Positions 36,840 to 47,260 of a DNA stretch of 64,000 nt are shown piece after piece. Both the position numbers and the translations under genes were made by a program. The stretch comes from Abditibacterium sp. (GTDB taxonomy: Bacteria; Armatimonadota; Abditibacteriia; Abditibacteriales; Abditibacteriaceae): assembly GCA_965246885.1 (NCBI GenBank), contig OZ251992.1, forward strand, positions 320,001 through 384,000. The letters are read 5' to 3'. The notes beneath the pieces are model-generated. The model did not search any database, had not been told where the DNA came from, and saw nothing but the letters and a program-made list of their open reading frames with translations. Positions within the stretch are counted from its first letter, which is position 1. Every line of letters starts with the position of its first letter.

Positions 36840-37898
36840 ATGATTTTCTTACCGAGACAACGGGCATCGTCTGACCGAGCGCGGCCCTTCTCTCCCGCGT
36901 TTCTGGCGCTCTTGCACCGGACGCTGGTGGGGCTGGGCATCTTTCATTTGGTGGCGCAACTGCTATTGTGGTTCCCCATCGAGTTCGCGCGCACCGACCA
37001 CTGGCGCGATATCGCAGTTTATTACGACGCTTTGCAGCGTTTCACGCATGGGGGGAGCCTCTACCAACCTTGGCCGCAGTATGGCGTGCAAATGACGCCT
37101 TCGCGCTTCTTTTACTCGCCGGTATTCCTGCTACTGTTGCGTCCCCTCGCGGGGCTGTCGTATCAGGGGTTTTCGCACGTGTGGCTGGTCATGGTATTCT
37201 CGGCGTTTTGGGGATATTGCGCGTGTTTGGGGCGGCTGACCTCGAACCGGTGGGACTGGCACGCAACGCTCTTGTATGGTCTGGTCATTGACACCCTGAT
37301 GGAGGGCTACACCGCGCTATGTTTGGGGCAATTCGAGCCGTTCATGTGGCTGCTGTTCGGCCTCGCACTCACTTCAAAGCGCAGCCGCGCGGGGTGGCTG
37401 GCGCTCGCGGCTCTGGTGAAGATTCATCCGGTCTGGTCACTACTGCTCGCTTTGACCCAAGACAAACGCGCGTGGAAAGAGGCGCTTTTGTTCGCGCTGC
37501 CCGTCGTGGCGGTGAGTTGGTGGGTGGTGGGCACGCGGACGTGGCTGATGTGGTGGCCCGCAACGCAACCGGTCGCGTCGCAGGGCACTTTTTACGTGGG
37601 GAACTGGTCGTGGCCGTTCACGGTCTTGCGCTTGCTCGCGTGGAGGGGATGGTTGGAAGCGAGCGGGACGCTCCCCGTGTGGGCGAAGACGTGGCTGTCG
37701 GCGTGGGCGGTGGGCGGGCCGTGTGGGATGGCGTATCTCGCGCGCCGCCAGTCGCCCGAACTTCGTTTGGCGCTGGTCGCGGGTGCGGGCGCCCTGTTCG
37801 CACCGCTCTGCTGGGGGTTCTATTACCCGCTTCTTTTGTTGCCATACGCAGTATGGCAAGGGGAACGCCGCTTGGGAAGTGGGCGCGAGAACTCCTGA
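36840..37898 (+). CDS. GT87/DUF2029-like membrane glycosyltransferase, copy 3
   Basis: Same motifs; GGAG just before the ATG. Confidence 0.75.
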   Translation: MIFLPRQRASSDRARPFSPAFLALLHRTLVGLGIFHLVAQLLLWFPIEFARTDHWRDIAVYYDALQRFTHGGSLYQPWPQYGVQMTPSRFFYSPVFLLLLRPLAGLSYQGFSHVWLVMVFSAFWGYCACLGRLTSNRWDWHATLLYGLVIDTLMEGYTALCLGQFEPFMWLLFGLALTSKRSRAGWLALAALVKIHPVWSLLLALTQDKRAWKEALLFALPVVAVSWWVVGTRTWLMWWPATQPVASQGTFYVGNWSWPFTVLRLLAWRGWLEASGTLPVWAKTWLSAWAVGGPCGMAYLARRQSPELRLALVAGAGALFAPLCWGFYYPLLLLPYAVWQGERRLGSGRENS

Positions 37899-37966
37899 AA
37901 AACACGAAACCCGCCGCTCGTTCGCGCATATAGTTAGGCGGCTTATTATTTGCAAGGAGAATCTCC

Positions 37967-38524
37967 GTGCCCGAATTGTTGTTGCTACGCGACCTGCCGC
38001 GCTATGAGATGTTGCAGGAGAAAGCGAAGCGGTATCCCGACTTAGACGCCGGAGCCGTCGAAGCGACGCTGGTCTTGCTGCGGGTGGCGTCCGACGTTTT
38101 GGAAGGGTTCGGCGCGCACTTCACCCGCAACCGCACCTCGCAAGGGCGCTATATGGTGATGATGATGCTCGACCGCCCTTGCGCGTCGGAGGGTATGTCG
38201 CCTTCCGAGATCGCCGAGAAGTTAGGCGTGTCGCGCGCGACAGTGACGGGTTTGGTGGACGGACTGGAGCGCGACGGGTTCATCTCGCGCCACGCCCATC
38301 CCGAAGACCGCCGCGCTTTCTGCATCCAGCTAACTGCCAAAGGCCAGACCTTTTTAGCCGAGCTTTTGCCCGATCACTACCGCCGCGTGGCGGGGTTAAT
38401 GGCGCACCTCGACGAGGACGAGCGCCGCCAGCTTATCTCGCTCCTTGCCAAAGTCGCGCAAGGGCAAGGCGCCATGCGCGACGAAAACTGGGTTCCTGCC
38501 CCCGATTCCTCTTTACTCCGATGA
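37967..38524 (+). CDS. MarR-family regulator
   Basis: SPSEIAEKLGVSRATVTGLVDGLERDG, DRR...LT.KG. Confidence 0.92.
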   Translation: MPELLLLRDLPRYEMLQEKAKRYPDLDAGAVEATLVLLRVASDVLEGFGAHFTRNRTSQGRYMVMMMLDRPCASEGMSPSEIAEKLGVSRATVTGLVDGLERDGFISRHAHPEDRRAFCIQLTAKGQTFLAELLPDHYRRVAGLMAHLDEDERRQLISLLAKVAQGQGAMRDENWVPAPDSSLLR

Positions 38525-40443
38525 AAACCGTTGATCGCCCCGCACCCGTCCCCGATGGCGCGTCCGAAACACCCGCCCCCACCCCGGCGCCGCCCCAAGC
38601 GACGGCCCCCAAAGACCCGGCCCCTAAAAAAGCCGACCCGAAGAAGCGGCGTTTGGCACTTTTGATTGGCATCCCCGTCGCGCTGGTCGTGGGACTGTAT
38701 GCGCTCAAGCAGGTTCGCTGGGCGCAGTGGCATGTTTCGACAGATGATGCGTACATCACGTCCGATGTGGTGCAAATTACCCCGCAGGTGAACGGGCGCA
38801 TCGAAAAACTGCTGGTTTCCGATAATCAGCTGGTTCACAAAGGGCAAGTGCTGGCTGTTCTCGATGCCGCGAGCTACCAGACCGCCCTCGAAAGCGCGCG
38901 GGCGAACTTGGCGGTCGCGGTCGCCGCCCAAAACGCCGCCGCAGAGCAAGTGCGTTTGACGGGCGCAACAGGAGATGCGCAAGTATCGCAAGCGCAAGGC
39001 GGCATCGAACAAGCGCAAAGCGGCATCGGCCAAGCCCAAGCGGGCGCGCTGCAAGGCGCGGCGGGCGTCGAGAACGCGCGCGCGTCCATTGTGGCCGCCC
39101 GCGACAACGCCTTGGCCGCGCAGACTTTAATTGGTTCGGCGCAGGCTACGCGCGAGCGTTCAATTCAAGCCGCGCGCGCCGCCCAAACTCAAATCGCCGC
39201 CGCCCAAGCCCAATTTGGCGGCGCGCAACAGAACGTGCAAGTCGCCGCCGCGCAACTACGCGCCGCCATTGCCGCCCGCGCCCGCGCCGTGCAAGCGCTC
39301 GCCGCCGCCCGCGCCAACGTTGTCACCGCCACGAGCGGCATCGCGTCGGCCCAAGCCCAAATCCGCGTGGCACAGGGCAACATAGACGCCGCCAACGCCC
39401 AGTTGGAGCGCGCCAACCGCGACTATGCCCGCGCGCAGGAACTCTTCGCCGGGGGCGCGGCGCCGCGCTCCAGTGTGGACGCCGCCGAAGCCGCGCAAAA
39501 ATCCGCGCGCGCCGCGCAGGACAGCGCAACCGCCCAACTCCAAGCCGCAGGCCAGACGCTCCAGCAAGCGCAGTCGGCGGTCGTGGCACGCGAGTCCGAT
39601 GTCGAGTCGGCGCGCGAAGGCATCAACGCCGCCGACGCGCAAATCGCCGCGACTCGCGCCGGGGTCGCCGCCGCGCGCGAGTCAGTCGCGGGCACACAAG
39701 CGCAAATCGCCAACGCGCGCGCCCAATATGGTGCCGCGCAAGGCGCCGTCGCGGAAGCGCAAGCGGGCATCGCGTCCAACCGCGCCAAAACCGTCGCCGC
39801 CGCCGATGCCATCGCGCAGGCCCAAGCCGCCCTCGCCAACGCCCGCGCTTCCCAAGCGGGCGCCGAGCAAAACGTCGGCATCGCGCGCGGCAAAGCCACC
39901 CAAGCGCGCGGCCAACTCCAGCAAGCGCGCACCGGAGGTCAGCAAGTTTCGGTCGCCGTCGCCAATCTGAAGTCCGCCATCGCCCGCGTCGGCCAAGCGC
40001 GTGCCGCCCTCGCCCAAGCGCAAATTGACGTGGGCCGCACCCGCTTGGTCGCGCCCGTTGACGGCACCGTTTCGCGCCGCACCGGTCAAACCGGCCAGCA
40101 AGTCGCCCCCGGCCAAGCGATCATGGCGCTCGTGCCCCAGAACGACCTCTGGCTGGTCGCCAACTATAAGGAAACGCAACTGGGCCACGTCCGCGAAGGC
40201 CAGCGCGCCGACATCGAGATAGATTCCCTGCCCGATTACAAATTCAAGGGCCACGTCCAAAGCATCTCGGCGGGCACGGGCAACATCTTCGCGCTTCTGC
40301 CCGCCGAGAACGCGACCGGCAACTTCACCAAAGTCGTCCAACGCGTGCCGGTCAAAATCACTTTCGACCCGAACCAACCCGGCTTAGACCGCTTGCGCGC
40401 CGGTTTAAGTGCCGCGCCCACGATTGAAACGGACAAGAAGTAG
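38521..40443 (+). CDS. HlyD/EmrA-family membrane fusion protein with greatly extended Ala/Gln coiled coil
   Basis: STDDAY, ITPQVNG, APVDG, ANYKETQL, PAENATGNFTKVVQRVPV. Confidence 0.9.
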   Translation: MKTVDRPAPVPDGASETPAPTPAPPQATAPKDPAPKKADPKKRRLALLIGIPVALVVGLYALKQVRWAQWHVSTDDAYITSDVVQITPQVNGRIEKLLVSDNQLVHKGQVLAVLDAASYQTALESARANLAVAVAAQNAAAEQVRLTGATGDAQVSQAQGGIEQAQSGIGQAQAGALQGAAGVENARASIVAARDNALAAQTLIGSAQATRERSIQAARAAQTQIAAAQAQFGGAQQNVQVAAAQLRAAIAARARAVQALAAARANVVTATSGIASAQAQIRVAQGNIDAANAQLERANRDYARAQELFAGGAAPRSSVDAAEAAQKSARAAQDSATAQLQAAGQTLQQAQSAVVARESDVESAREGINAADAQIAATRAGVAAARESVAGTQAQIANARAQYGAAQGAVAEAQAGIASNRAKTVAAADAIAQAQAALANARASQAGAEQNVGIARGKATQARGQLQQARTGGQQVSVAVANLKSAIARVGQARAALAQAQIDVGRTRLVAPVDGTVSRRTGQTGQQVAPGQAIMALVPQNDLWLVANYKETQLGHVREGQRADIEIDSLPDYKFKGHVQSISAGTGNIFALLPAENATGNFTKVVQRVPVKITFDPNQPGLDRLRAGLSAAPTIETDKK

Positions 40444-40458
40444 GGGGCGTAACCCACC

Positions 40459-42036
40459 ATGCAACACCCACGCGGCGCCGCGCGCCCCGACTACGAAAAC
40501 TACACCGTCTTCACGCGCTGGATAGTGCTGGCGGCGGTCGTGTTGGGCGCCGTCTTGGAGATTCTCGATACCACCATCGTGTCGACCGCTATTCCCCAGA
40601 TGCAGGGAAACTTGGGCGCGACGCTGGACGAGATCGGCTGGGTTTCGACGGGGTATATCGTGGCGAACGTGATTGTGCTTCCGCTCACGGGGTGGTTTTC
40701 GGCGCGCTTTGGGCGGCGGCAATACCTCGCGGCTTCGATGGCGTTTTTTACGTTCGCGTCCTTTATGTGCGGGATGTCGGGGAGTTTGTGGGGGCTGGTG
40801 TTTTGGCGCATCATGCAGGGGGCGGGCGGGGCGGCGCTGATTTCGACGGCGCAAGCGACGATCCTTTCCATCTTCCCGCCCAAGCAGCACAACATGGTGC
40901 AGGGCATCTTCGGCTTGGGCATCATGGTGGCGCCCACACTGGGGCCAACCATTGGCGGCTACATTACGGACTACTACTCGTGGCCTTGGGCGTTCTTTGT
41001 CAATATCCCGCTCGGCTCCTTGGCGGTGTTTCTGGTGTTGTCGTTTCTCAAGGACGACCAGAACCAGCGCGCGCCGGGCAAGGTGGACGCTCTCGGCATC
41101 GCGCTGTTGGCGCTCGGCTTGGGCTGCTTGCAGACGGTGTTGGAGAAAGGCAACCGCGAGGACTGGTTCGATTCGAGCCTCATCATTACTCTGACCATCC
41201 TCGCGCTCGTCGGGTTGGGCGGCTTTATCTGGTGGGAACTGCGCACCGAAGCGCCCGCCGTGAACCTGCGCATCCTGAAGAACCGCGCGTTCCTCGCGGG
41301 GTGGGCGCTCAACTTCGTGGTGGGCATCGGGCTGTACACGTCGGTGTTCATCTTTCCGGTGTTTATGCAGTCGCTGCGCGGTTACACGGCGCAAGAGACG
41401 GGGATGCAACTCATCCCGCGCGGGTTGACGACGGCCATTGTGACCATCGTCACCATCCGCATCACGGCGAAAATCCAGCCGCGCTATATGCTGGCGCTTG
41501 GCTCGGTTCTGTTTGCCATAGCGATGCTGTATTTCCACTCCATCACCTTGCAAACCGGCCCAGACCAATTGCTGTGGCCGATGATTATTACCGGCGCCTC
41601 CTTTGGGATGCTGATTGTGCCCTTGTCCGCCGCGACACTCGGCTCGCTGAAGCCGCAGGAAATCCCGGCGGGCGCGGGGCTGTTCAACCTGATGCGGCAA
41701 CTGGGCGGCAGCGTCGGGATAGCCAGCGCCGCGACGGTGCTCGACCGGTGGAGCGAGCAGGCGCGCGGCCCCTTGATAGAAGTCATCAACCCGCTCAACC
41801 CGACGTGGACAGACCGCCTAACCGCCATGACGCGCGCCTTCCAGTCGAGCGGCCTCGACGCCACCGTCGCCAACGCGCGCGCTTACGCCCTGATGGAGCG
41901 CCTGATTCAAGCGCAAGCCTCCGCCATTGCCTTCGAGAAAGCCTACTTCGCCCTCGCCATGCTCTTTTTGGCGACCATCCCCCTGCTGTTCCTGTTCAAG
42001 GACGTAAAGGGCAAGCCAAGCGCCGAAGCGCATTGA
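40459..42036 (+). CDS. EmrB/QacA (DHA2) MFS efflux transporter
   Basis: LDTTIVSTAIP, WVSTGYIVA, APTLGP.IGG, NLMRQLGGS. Confidence 0.92.
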   Translation: MQHPRGAARPDYENYTVFTRWIVLAAVVLGAVLEILDTTIVSTAIPQMQGNLGATLDEIGWVSTGYIVANVIVLPLTGWFSARFGRRQYLAASMAFFTFASFMCGMSGSLWGLVFWRIMQGAGGAALISTAQATILSIFPPKQHNMVQGIFGLGIMVAPTLGPTIGGYITDYYSWPWAFFVNIPLGSLAVFLVLSFLKDDQNQRAPGKVDALGIALLALGLGCLQTVLEKGNREDWFDSSLIITLTILALVGLGGFIWWELRTEAPAVNLRILKNRAFLAGWALNFVVGIGLYTSVFIFPVFMQSLRGYTAQETGMQLIPRGLTTAIVTIVTIRITAKIQPRYMLALGSVLFAIAMLYFHSITLQTGPDQLLWPMIITGASFGMLIVPLSAATLGSLKPQEIPAGAGLFNLMRQLGGSVGIASAATVLDRWSEQARGPLIEVINPLNPTWTDRLTAMTRAFQSSGLDATVANARAYALMERLIQAQASAIAFEKAYFALAMLFLATIPLLFLFKDVKGKPSAEAH

Positions 42037-42473
42037 AGCGGCAGGCCGGTGTACTGGATGCGCCAGTTGCCCGCTTTTACGGTTTGGAAGCCGATTTGTT
42101 TGTCCGCAGGCGCGTCGCCGGGCGCGAAGGCAACCCGCAGGTTGCCCGCGCTTGTCCAAAGCAGTCGCGGGTGGAAGTCGCCGTTTGTTTGGAACACGAT
42201 CTCTTCCCGCTTCAAGTCCGCCGCCAAGTCCAGCTTGCTCCCCGCGTCGCGGACAATGACGAAGGAGGCGAACCCGGTCGTCGCGCCGCAATCGCGCTCA
42301 AAAGCGTAGGCGACCCACTTTTTGCCGGGAGAGATAGCTGTTGAGTAGACCTTGCCGCCACACCCGAATAACTTGAACCCCTCCCCCGCGCGGTCTAACG
42401 CCCACGCCCCCACTACAAGCAGCAAAAGCGCGCCCTCAAAGATGGCAACGGCGACGGCGACCTTGTGTTTCAT
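41943..42473 (-). CDS. Hypothetical membrane-anchored protein
   Basis: N-terminal TM segment; SPGKK..A..F.RDCGATT motif; 3' end overlaps the emrB-like gene, so the end may be degenerate. Confidence 0.5.
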   Translation of the reverse strand: MKHKVAVAVAIFEGALLLLVVGAWALDRAGEGFKLFGCGGKVYSTAISPGKKWVAYAFERDCGATTGFASFVIVRDAGSKLDLAADLKREEIVFQTNGDFHPRLLWTSAGNLRVAFAPGDAPADKQIGFQTVKAGNWRIQYTGLPLQCASALGLPFTSLNRNSRGMVAKKSMARAK

Positions 42474-42524
42474 GGCGCGCGAGTTTCGGGAACATGCGAG
42501 GACGCCCGCAAGCACTCAGGTGTC

Positions 42525-43229
42525 CTACAGCAAAGATAGTTGCTCCGGCCCGCTCTGTTGGGCGCGCTCGATTAAACTGGCGTCGTCGTTGACGACGTTG
42601 CCGACGCGCTTGCCAATGGGGAAGGCTTCCATGTCGGTGTCGGGGTATGTTTGCAAGAGGTTTAACGCTTCTTCGGCGCCGATTTGGGGGTCGAGCCAGA
42701 CGTTTTCCCAGTCGGGGCGCAGGATGATCGCCATGCGGTGATGAAGGGTGGAAAGGAGGGGATTGGGTGGCCCGGTGATGATCGTGCAGGAGCGAAGCGG
42801 GGCGTCGCCGGGGCCGTTCCACTCTTCCCATAGGCCCGCGAAAGCGTAAATGCGGTTGTCGCGGAAGTGGATGTAGTGCGGCGTCTTATTCTTATCCTCC
42901 TGCTTCCACTCGAAGAAGCCATCGGCGGGAATGAGGCACCGGCGGCGCCCCAAGGCGTGCTTGAAGCTCGGCTTCTCTTGGAGGGTTTCGACGCGGGCGT
43001 TGATGAGCTTGGTGCCGATGGACTCGTCCTTGGCCCAACTGGGCACAAGCCCCCAACGATAGCCTTCGAGCGCACGCACACCATCGCCGTGCGCGTTTTG
43101 GGTGATGACGGCGACGGGTTGGGTGGGCGCGATGTTGTAGCGAGCGGGGAACTCGAAGAGGGTCTGCTGGGTGTCAAAGCGCGCCGCGACTTCTTCGACG
43201 GAGTGGCGCAGGGTGAATCGTCCGCACAT
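42525..43229 (-). CDS. SRAP family abasic-site crosslinking protein (YedK/HMCES-like)
   Basis: MCGRF start, YNIAPTQ, WGLVP.W, INAR.ET, RRCLIPADGFFEW, HHRM. Confidence 0.93.
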   Translation of the reverse strand: MCGRFTLRHSVEEVAARFDTQQTLFEFPARYNIAPTQPVAVITQNAHGDGVRALEGYRWGLVPSWAKDESIGTKLINARVETLQEKPSFKHALGRRRCLIPADGFFEWKQEDKNKTPHYIHFRDNRIYAFAGLWEEWNGPGDAPLRSCTIITGPPNPLLSTLHHRMAIILRPDWENVWLDPQIGAEEALNLLQTYPDTDMEAFPIGKRVGNVVNDDASLIERAQQSGPEQLSLL

Positions 43230-43294
43230 GACGGGGGTGTGGGGCGAGTTGGGGGCCAACGGCTCCCCGCCGCGCCGTTCATACTTCCCCCGCC

Positions 43295-44047
43295 ATGAGC
43301 CAATCCAATCCTGTCCGCGTCCTCGTGTGGGACGAGAACCCGCACCACGCGCCCAAAGAACTCTACCCCACCAGCATCCGGGGCGCCGTCGCCGACGCCC
43401 TCAACGCCCTTGGTGGCGGCCAAATCCAAGCCGACACCGCGCACCTCGACGAAGAAAGCCAAGGCATCACCGCCGACAAGTTGGCGGGTTACGACGTGCT
43501 GATGTGGTGGGGGCACGGGCGCCACAACGAAGTCGAGGATGGCATCGCCGCCACCATCAAAGCTGCCGTGCACGACAACGGACTCGGCTTCATCCCGCTC
43601 CATTCGGGGCACTACTCCAAGCCCTACGCCGCCGTTTTGAACGCGAACGGGCACCTATACGGCGGCTGGCGCGAAATCGAGGGCTTCGAGCCGGAAGAGA
43701 TCACCGTCTGCGCGCCCAAGCACCCCATCGCGGCGGGCATCGGGGACTTTACGCTCGACGCCGAGGAGATGTATGGCTCGCCGTTTGGCGCCCCGCCCTT
43801 CGAGACCCTCGTGTTTCAGTCCTTCTTCCCGCACGGCGGGGAGTATTTCCCCTGCGGCTTCACCGTGACGGTCGGCAAGGGCATTGACCCCGCCTTCACG
43901 TCGGGCGAAGGCAATGGCGCCAATCAAGGCAAAGGCGCGGGCCGCGTTTTCTACTTCCGCCCCGGCCACGAAACCGTGCCCACCTACCACAACCCCACCG
44001 TCCAAACCATCCTGAAGAACGCCGCAATGTGGTGCGCAGGGCGGTAA
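43295..44047 (+). CDS. ThuA-like (trehalose utilisation) domain protein
   Basis: DVLMWWGH, LHSGHYSK, EEMYG, GRVFYFRPGHET.PTY. Confidence 0.88.
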   Translation: MSQSNPVRVLVWDENPHHAPKELYPTSIRGAVADALNALGGGQIQADTAHLDEESQGITADKLAGYDVLMWWGHGRHNEVEDGIAATIKAAVHDNGLGFIPLHSGHYSKPYAAVLNANGHLYGGWREIEGFEPEEITVCAPKHPIAAGIGDFTLDAEEMYGSPFGAPPFETLVFQSFFPHGGEYFPCGFTVTVGKGIDPAFTSGEGNGANQGKGAGRVFYFRPGHETVPTYHNPTVQTILKNAAMWCAGR

Positions 44048-44062
44048 GGGTTCGCCACCAAC

Positions 44063-44092
44063 CGTAGGGACGGAGCAAGCTCCGTCTCTACG
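44063..44092. repeat. GTAG-type REP-like hairpin between convergent genes
   Basis: cgtagggacggagc-aa-gctccgtctctacg. Confidence 0.7.
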
Positions 44093-45608
44093 ATGCAGGC
44101 TTGCGCCGAAAGCGCGACAGGACATCCAGCCACAGCGCGGGGGCGAGGGTGCGGAGCAAACCGAAGTAAATCGCCGTTCCCATCACGCCGGGCAACGCCA
44201 CCGCCGCCACGTGCGAAAAGGGGAACAGCGTCCGCGCCAACAGCAGAGGCACGACCTGCGACAGCGCGAATAAGCCGAACGCGCCGCCGAACACGCCCAA
44301 CACCTGCGTTAGCTTGCCGCCCAGTGGCCGCACGCCCAAATACACCCGCAATGGCCCAAAGAGCGCGATGCACGCTCCCACCGCGCACGCCATCCCTAAG
44401 GCGCCTCGCGCGTGCGCCGCGAACAACCCCACTATGAGGAACGTGAGGGCGTGCGCGATGCTGGACAACGTGAGGACTTGAAAGCGGCCCTGCGCTTTGA
44501 GGAGCGCCTCGCTGGTCGCGTCGGCCACGCGAATCGCCATACCGACGGAAAGCACCACCAATATCGGCGCGGCGCCCGCCCACTTCGCATTGAAGAACAG
44601 CGCCAAAAGCGCGGGCGCAATCACCGCCGGAAGCAAGCACAGCAGCCCGCCCGCCACCGCCAAAGCGCGCGTCGCCCGCAGATAGACACTCAGTTGGCGC
44701 TCCCTGTCGAGGTTGAGGCGCGACAGCGACGGCAACAAGACGGAGTTAATGTTGTTCGACAGCAGAAACAGCGTTTGCTGCGAGAGGTTGTACGCGAACG
44801 CGTACAGCCCCACTTCCCCCGGCGACACCACGCGGCCCAAAATGATGTTGTCCCCCTGCCACAGTGCGAAGTTGCATAACCCCGTTACGATGAGTAGCCC
44901 GATGCCATGCAAGAGATATTTCCACTTGCGCGTTTCCAGATGAAGCCGAATGGGGGGCCGCGTCACGGCGTAGAGATACAAGCAACGCGCGCCGTGCGCG
45001 AGCGCGAGCGGCAACACGAATGATACGGCGCCCAAGTGGAGCGCCGCAAACGTAACCGTGAGCGCCGCCATCGCGATCATCGTCACCAAGTTGGCGCGCG
45101 CCAACAGCGAGAAGCGCATTTCGAGTTCCAGCTTGGCCTGCGCCACGTTGGTGAGGGCGATAAAAGTCGGCGACAGCGACGCGATGCGCACCAAGAGCGC
45201 CAAATGGGGCCGCTCGTAAAAGCGTTCCAAGAGCGGCGCGAACCCCCACACAAGCGCATAACCGCCCAGCGCGATGAGCACCGACAGCCAAAACGCCGAG
45301 TTCGCGCGGCGCTCAAAGTGCTTGGGGCGCCGCACCAGCACTTCGCGCGTCCCGGCCTCTTGCATCCAGCCCACGCCGAGCGTGATGGCATACGAAATGG
45401 TGAACAAGCCGAAATCGGACGGCGAAAGCAACCGCGTCCACAACAGTTGCCCGACCAGCCCGACGACCTTGGATAAGACGGTTTGGGCCAGTAGCCACAC
45501 GAACCCCGACGTTGTGCGCCGTCCCAACTCCCCTGCTGATGGGCGCGGCGTTTCTGGCGCGGGCGAGTCGGATGAGGGGCGCGCAAGTGGCGGCGGGGTT
45601 GGGGTCAT
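44088..45608 (-). CDS. Polysaccharide/oligosaccharide flippase (Wzx-like)
   Basis: RLLSPSDFG, DNIILGR, VGLYAFAY, LLPSLSR, KW..AAP.L; many TM segments. Confidence 0.85.
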   Translation of the reverse strand: MTPTPPPLARPSSDSPAPETPRPSAGELGRRTTSGFVWLLAQTVLSKVVGLVGQLLWTRLLSPSDFGLFTISYAITLGVGWMQEAGTREVLVRRPKHFERRANSAFWLSVLIALGGYALVWGFAPLLERFYERPHLALLVRIASLSPTFIALTNVAQAKLELEMRFSLLARANLVTMIAMAALTVTFAALHLGAVSFVLPLALAHGARCLYLYAVTRPPIRLHLETRKWKYLLHGIGLLIVTGLCNFALWQGDNIILGRVVSPGEVGLYAFAYNLSQQTLFLLSNNINSVLLPSLSRLNLDRERQLSVYLRATRALAVAGGLLCLLPAVIAPALLALFFNAKWAGAAPILVVLSVGMAIRVADATSEALLKAQGRFQVLTLSSIAHALTFLIVGLFAAHARGALGMACAVGACIALFGPLRVYLGVRPLGGKLTQVLGVFGGAFGLFALSQVVPLLLARTLFPFSHVAAVALPGVMGTAIYFGLLRTLAPALWLDVLSRFRRKPAS

Positions 45609-45690
45609 GAAAGGCGCGCCAGTTTAACGCGCGCTTTTTCGCTTCTGGATACACCGCACCGCGCGCCGTTTTCTCAAACTGTGCCCCTCA

Positions 45691-47172
45691 ATGTTGCAAA
45701 CCTATTTAGCCGTTGACTTGGGCGCCGAGTCGGGCCGCGTCATGGCGGGTCGCTTCGACGGCAGCACGCTGGAACTGTCCGAACTGCACCGCTTCCCCAA
45801 CCGCTTCGCCAACGTGAACGGCACGCTCCACTGGGATGCCCTGCGCTTATGGAACGACATCTGCGACGGCCTCGCCAAAGCCGCCGCCTTGGGCGAGGTC
45901 GCGGGCATCGGCGCTGACACGTGGGGCGTTGATTTCGCCCTCTTGGACGAGCGCGGCGCCATGCTGGGCAACCCCGTCTGCTACCGCGACGCGCGCCACG
46001 ACGGATACATCGAGCGCGCCGCGCGCACTGTCCCCAAGCGCGACATCTACGAGCGCACCGGCCTCCAGTTTCTGGGCTTCAACACGCTCTACCAACTCCT
46101 TGCCGTCTGCGCTCAATCCCCGCGCGACTTGGAGCGCGCCGCCACCCTGCTCTTCATGCCCGACCTGCTTCACTTCTGGCTATCCGGCGAGCGGCGCAGC
46201 GAATACTCTATCGCCTCGACCTCGCAAATGCTCGACGCCCGCGCGCGCAGTTGGGACACGGAGTTACTCGCCCGTTTCGGCTTGCCGACGGGCATCCTCG
46301 CGCCGCTTGTCGCGCCCGGCGACGCCATCGGGAGCTTGCGCCCCGACCTCGCCGCACGCTTGGGACTTTCCGCTTCCACCCCGGTCGTCGCGCCCGCGAG
46401 TCACGACACCGCCAGCGCGGTCGCGGCGGTGCCCTTTGCGCACCCCGGCGAACGCGCCGCCTTTTTATCGAGCGGCACGTGGAGCTTGATGGGCCTCGAA
46501 CTGGCCGAGCCGCTCATCAGCGACGACAGTTACAACCTCGGCTTTACCAACGAGGGCGGCGCTTTTGGCACCATCCGCTTACTCAAGAACATCGCGGGCT
46601 TGTGGCTGCTTCAAGAGTGCCGCCGCGACTGGCAAGCGCGCGGGCAAGAGTGGTCATACGCGCAATTAGCGCACTTGGCGGGCGAAGCGGGCGATGGCGG
46701 GAGCTTCGTCGAACCCGACGAAGCGCGCTTCGCCAGTCCCGGCGACATGCCGCGCAAAATCGCCGACTTCTGCCGCGAAACCGGCCAGACCGCGCCCGCG
46801 ACCGAAGCCGAGTTCGCGCGCTGTTGCCTCGACTCTCTCGCCCTCAAGTATCGCTGGACGTTCGAGAAATTGGAACACTTGGGCGGCCAAAGCCTTGACG
46901 CGCTCTACGTCGTGGGCGGCGGCAGTCAAAACGAACTGCTCAACCAACTCACCGCCGACTGCATCGGCAAGCCTGTCATTGCGGGGCCGGTCGAGGCGAC
47001 GGCGGCGGGCAACATCCTTGTCCAAGCCGTCGCGCGCGGCGCCATCAACGACGCCGCCCAAGTGCGCGCCGTCGTGCGAGGCTCCTTCGCGTCCAAACGC
47101 TTCGCCCCGCGCCCCGCAGAACGCGCGCGATGGGACGAGAAATTCGGACGCTTCGGGGGGTTGATGGGTTAG
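45691..47172 (+). CDS. rhaB: Rhamnulokinase-family sugar kinase
   Basis: AVDLGAESGR, DTWGVDF, HDTASAV, SSGTWSL, FTNEGG, VVGGGSQN, GPVEATA.GN. Confidence 0.88.
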   Translation: MLQTYLAVDLGAESGRVMAGRFDGSTLELSELHRFPNRFANVNGTLHWDALRLWNDICDGLAKAAALGEVAGIGADTWGVDFALLDERGAMLGNPVCYRDARHDGYIERAARTVPKRDIYERTGLQFLGFNTLYQLLAVCAQSPRDLERAATLLFMPDLLHFWLSGERRSEYSIASTSQMLDARARSWDTELLARFGLPTGILAPLVAPGDAIGSLRPDLAARLGLSASTPVVAPASHDTASAVAAVPFAHPGERAAFLSSGTWSLMGLELAEPLISDDSYNLGFTNEGGAFGTIRLLKNIAGLWLLQECRRDWQARGQEWSYAQLAHLAGEAGDGGSFVEPDEARFASPGDMPRKIADFCRETGQTAPATEAEFARCCLDSLALKYRWTFEKLEHLGGQSLDALYVVGGGSQNELLNQLTADCIGKPVIAGPVEATAAGNILVQAVARGAINDAAQVRAVVRGSFASKRFAPRPAERARWDEKFGRFGGLMG

Positions 47173-47176
47173 CGCG

Positions 47177-47255
47177 TGGGATTTGGGGTTTAGGACTTGG
47201 GGTTTGGGAGTAGTCCTTACAACCCCGAACCTTACATTCCACACCCAACACCCCC
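47177..47255. repeat. Heptamer tandem repeats in inverted arrangement
   Basis: tgggatt/tggggtt/taggact/tggggtt/tgggagt followed by aaccccg/aacctta/cattcca/cacccaa. Confidence 0.7.
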
Positions 47256-47260
47256 TCCCC

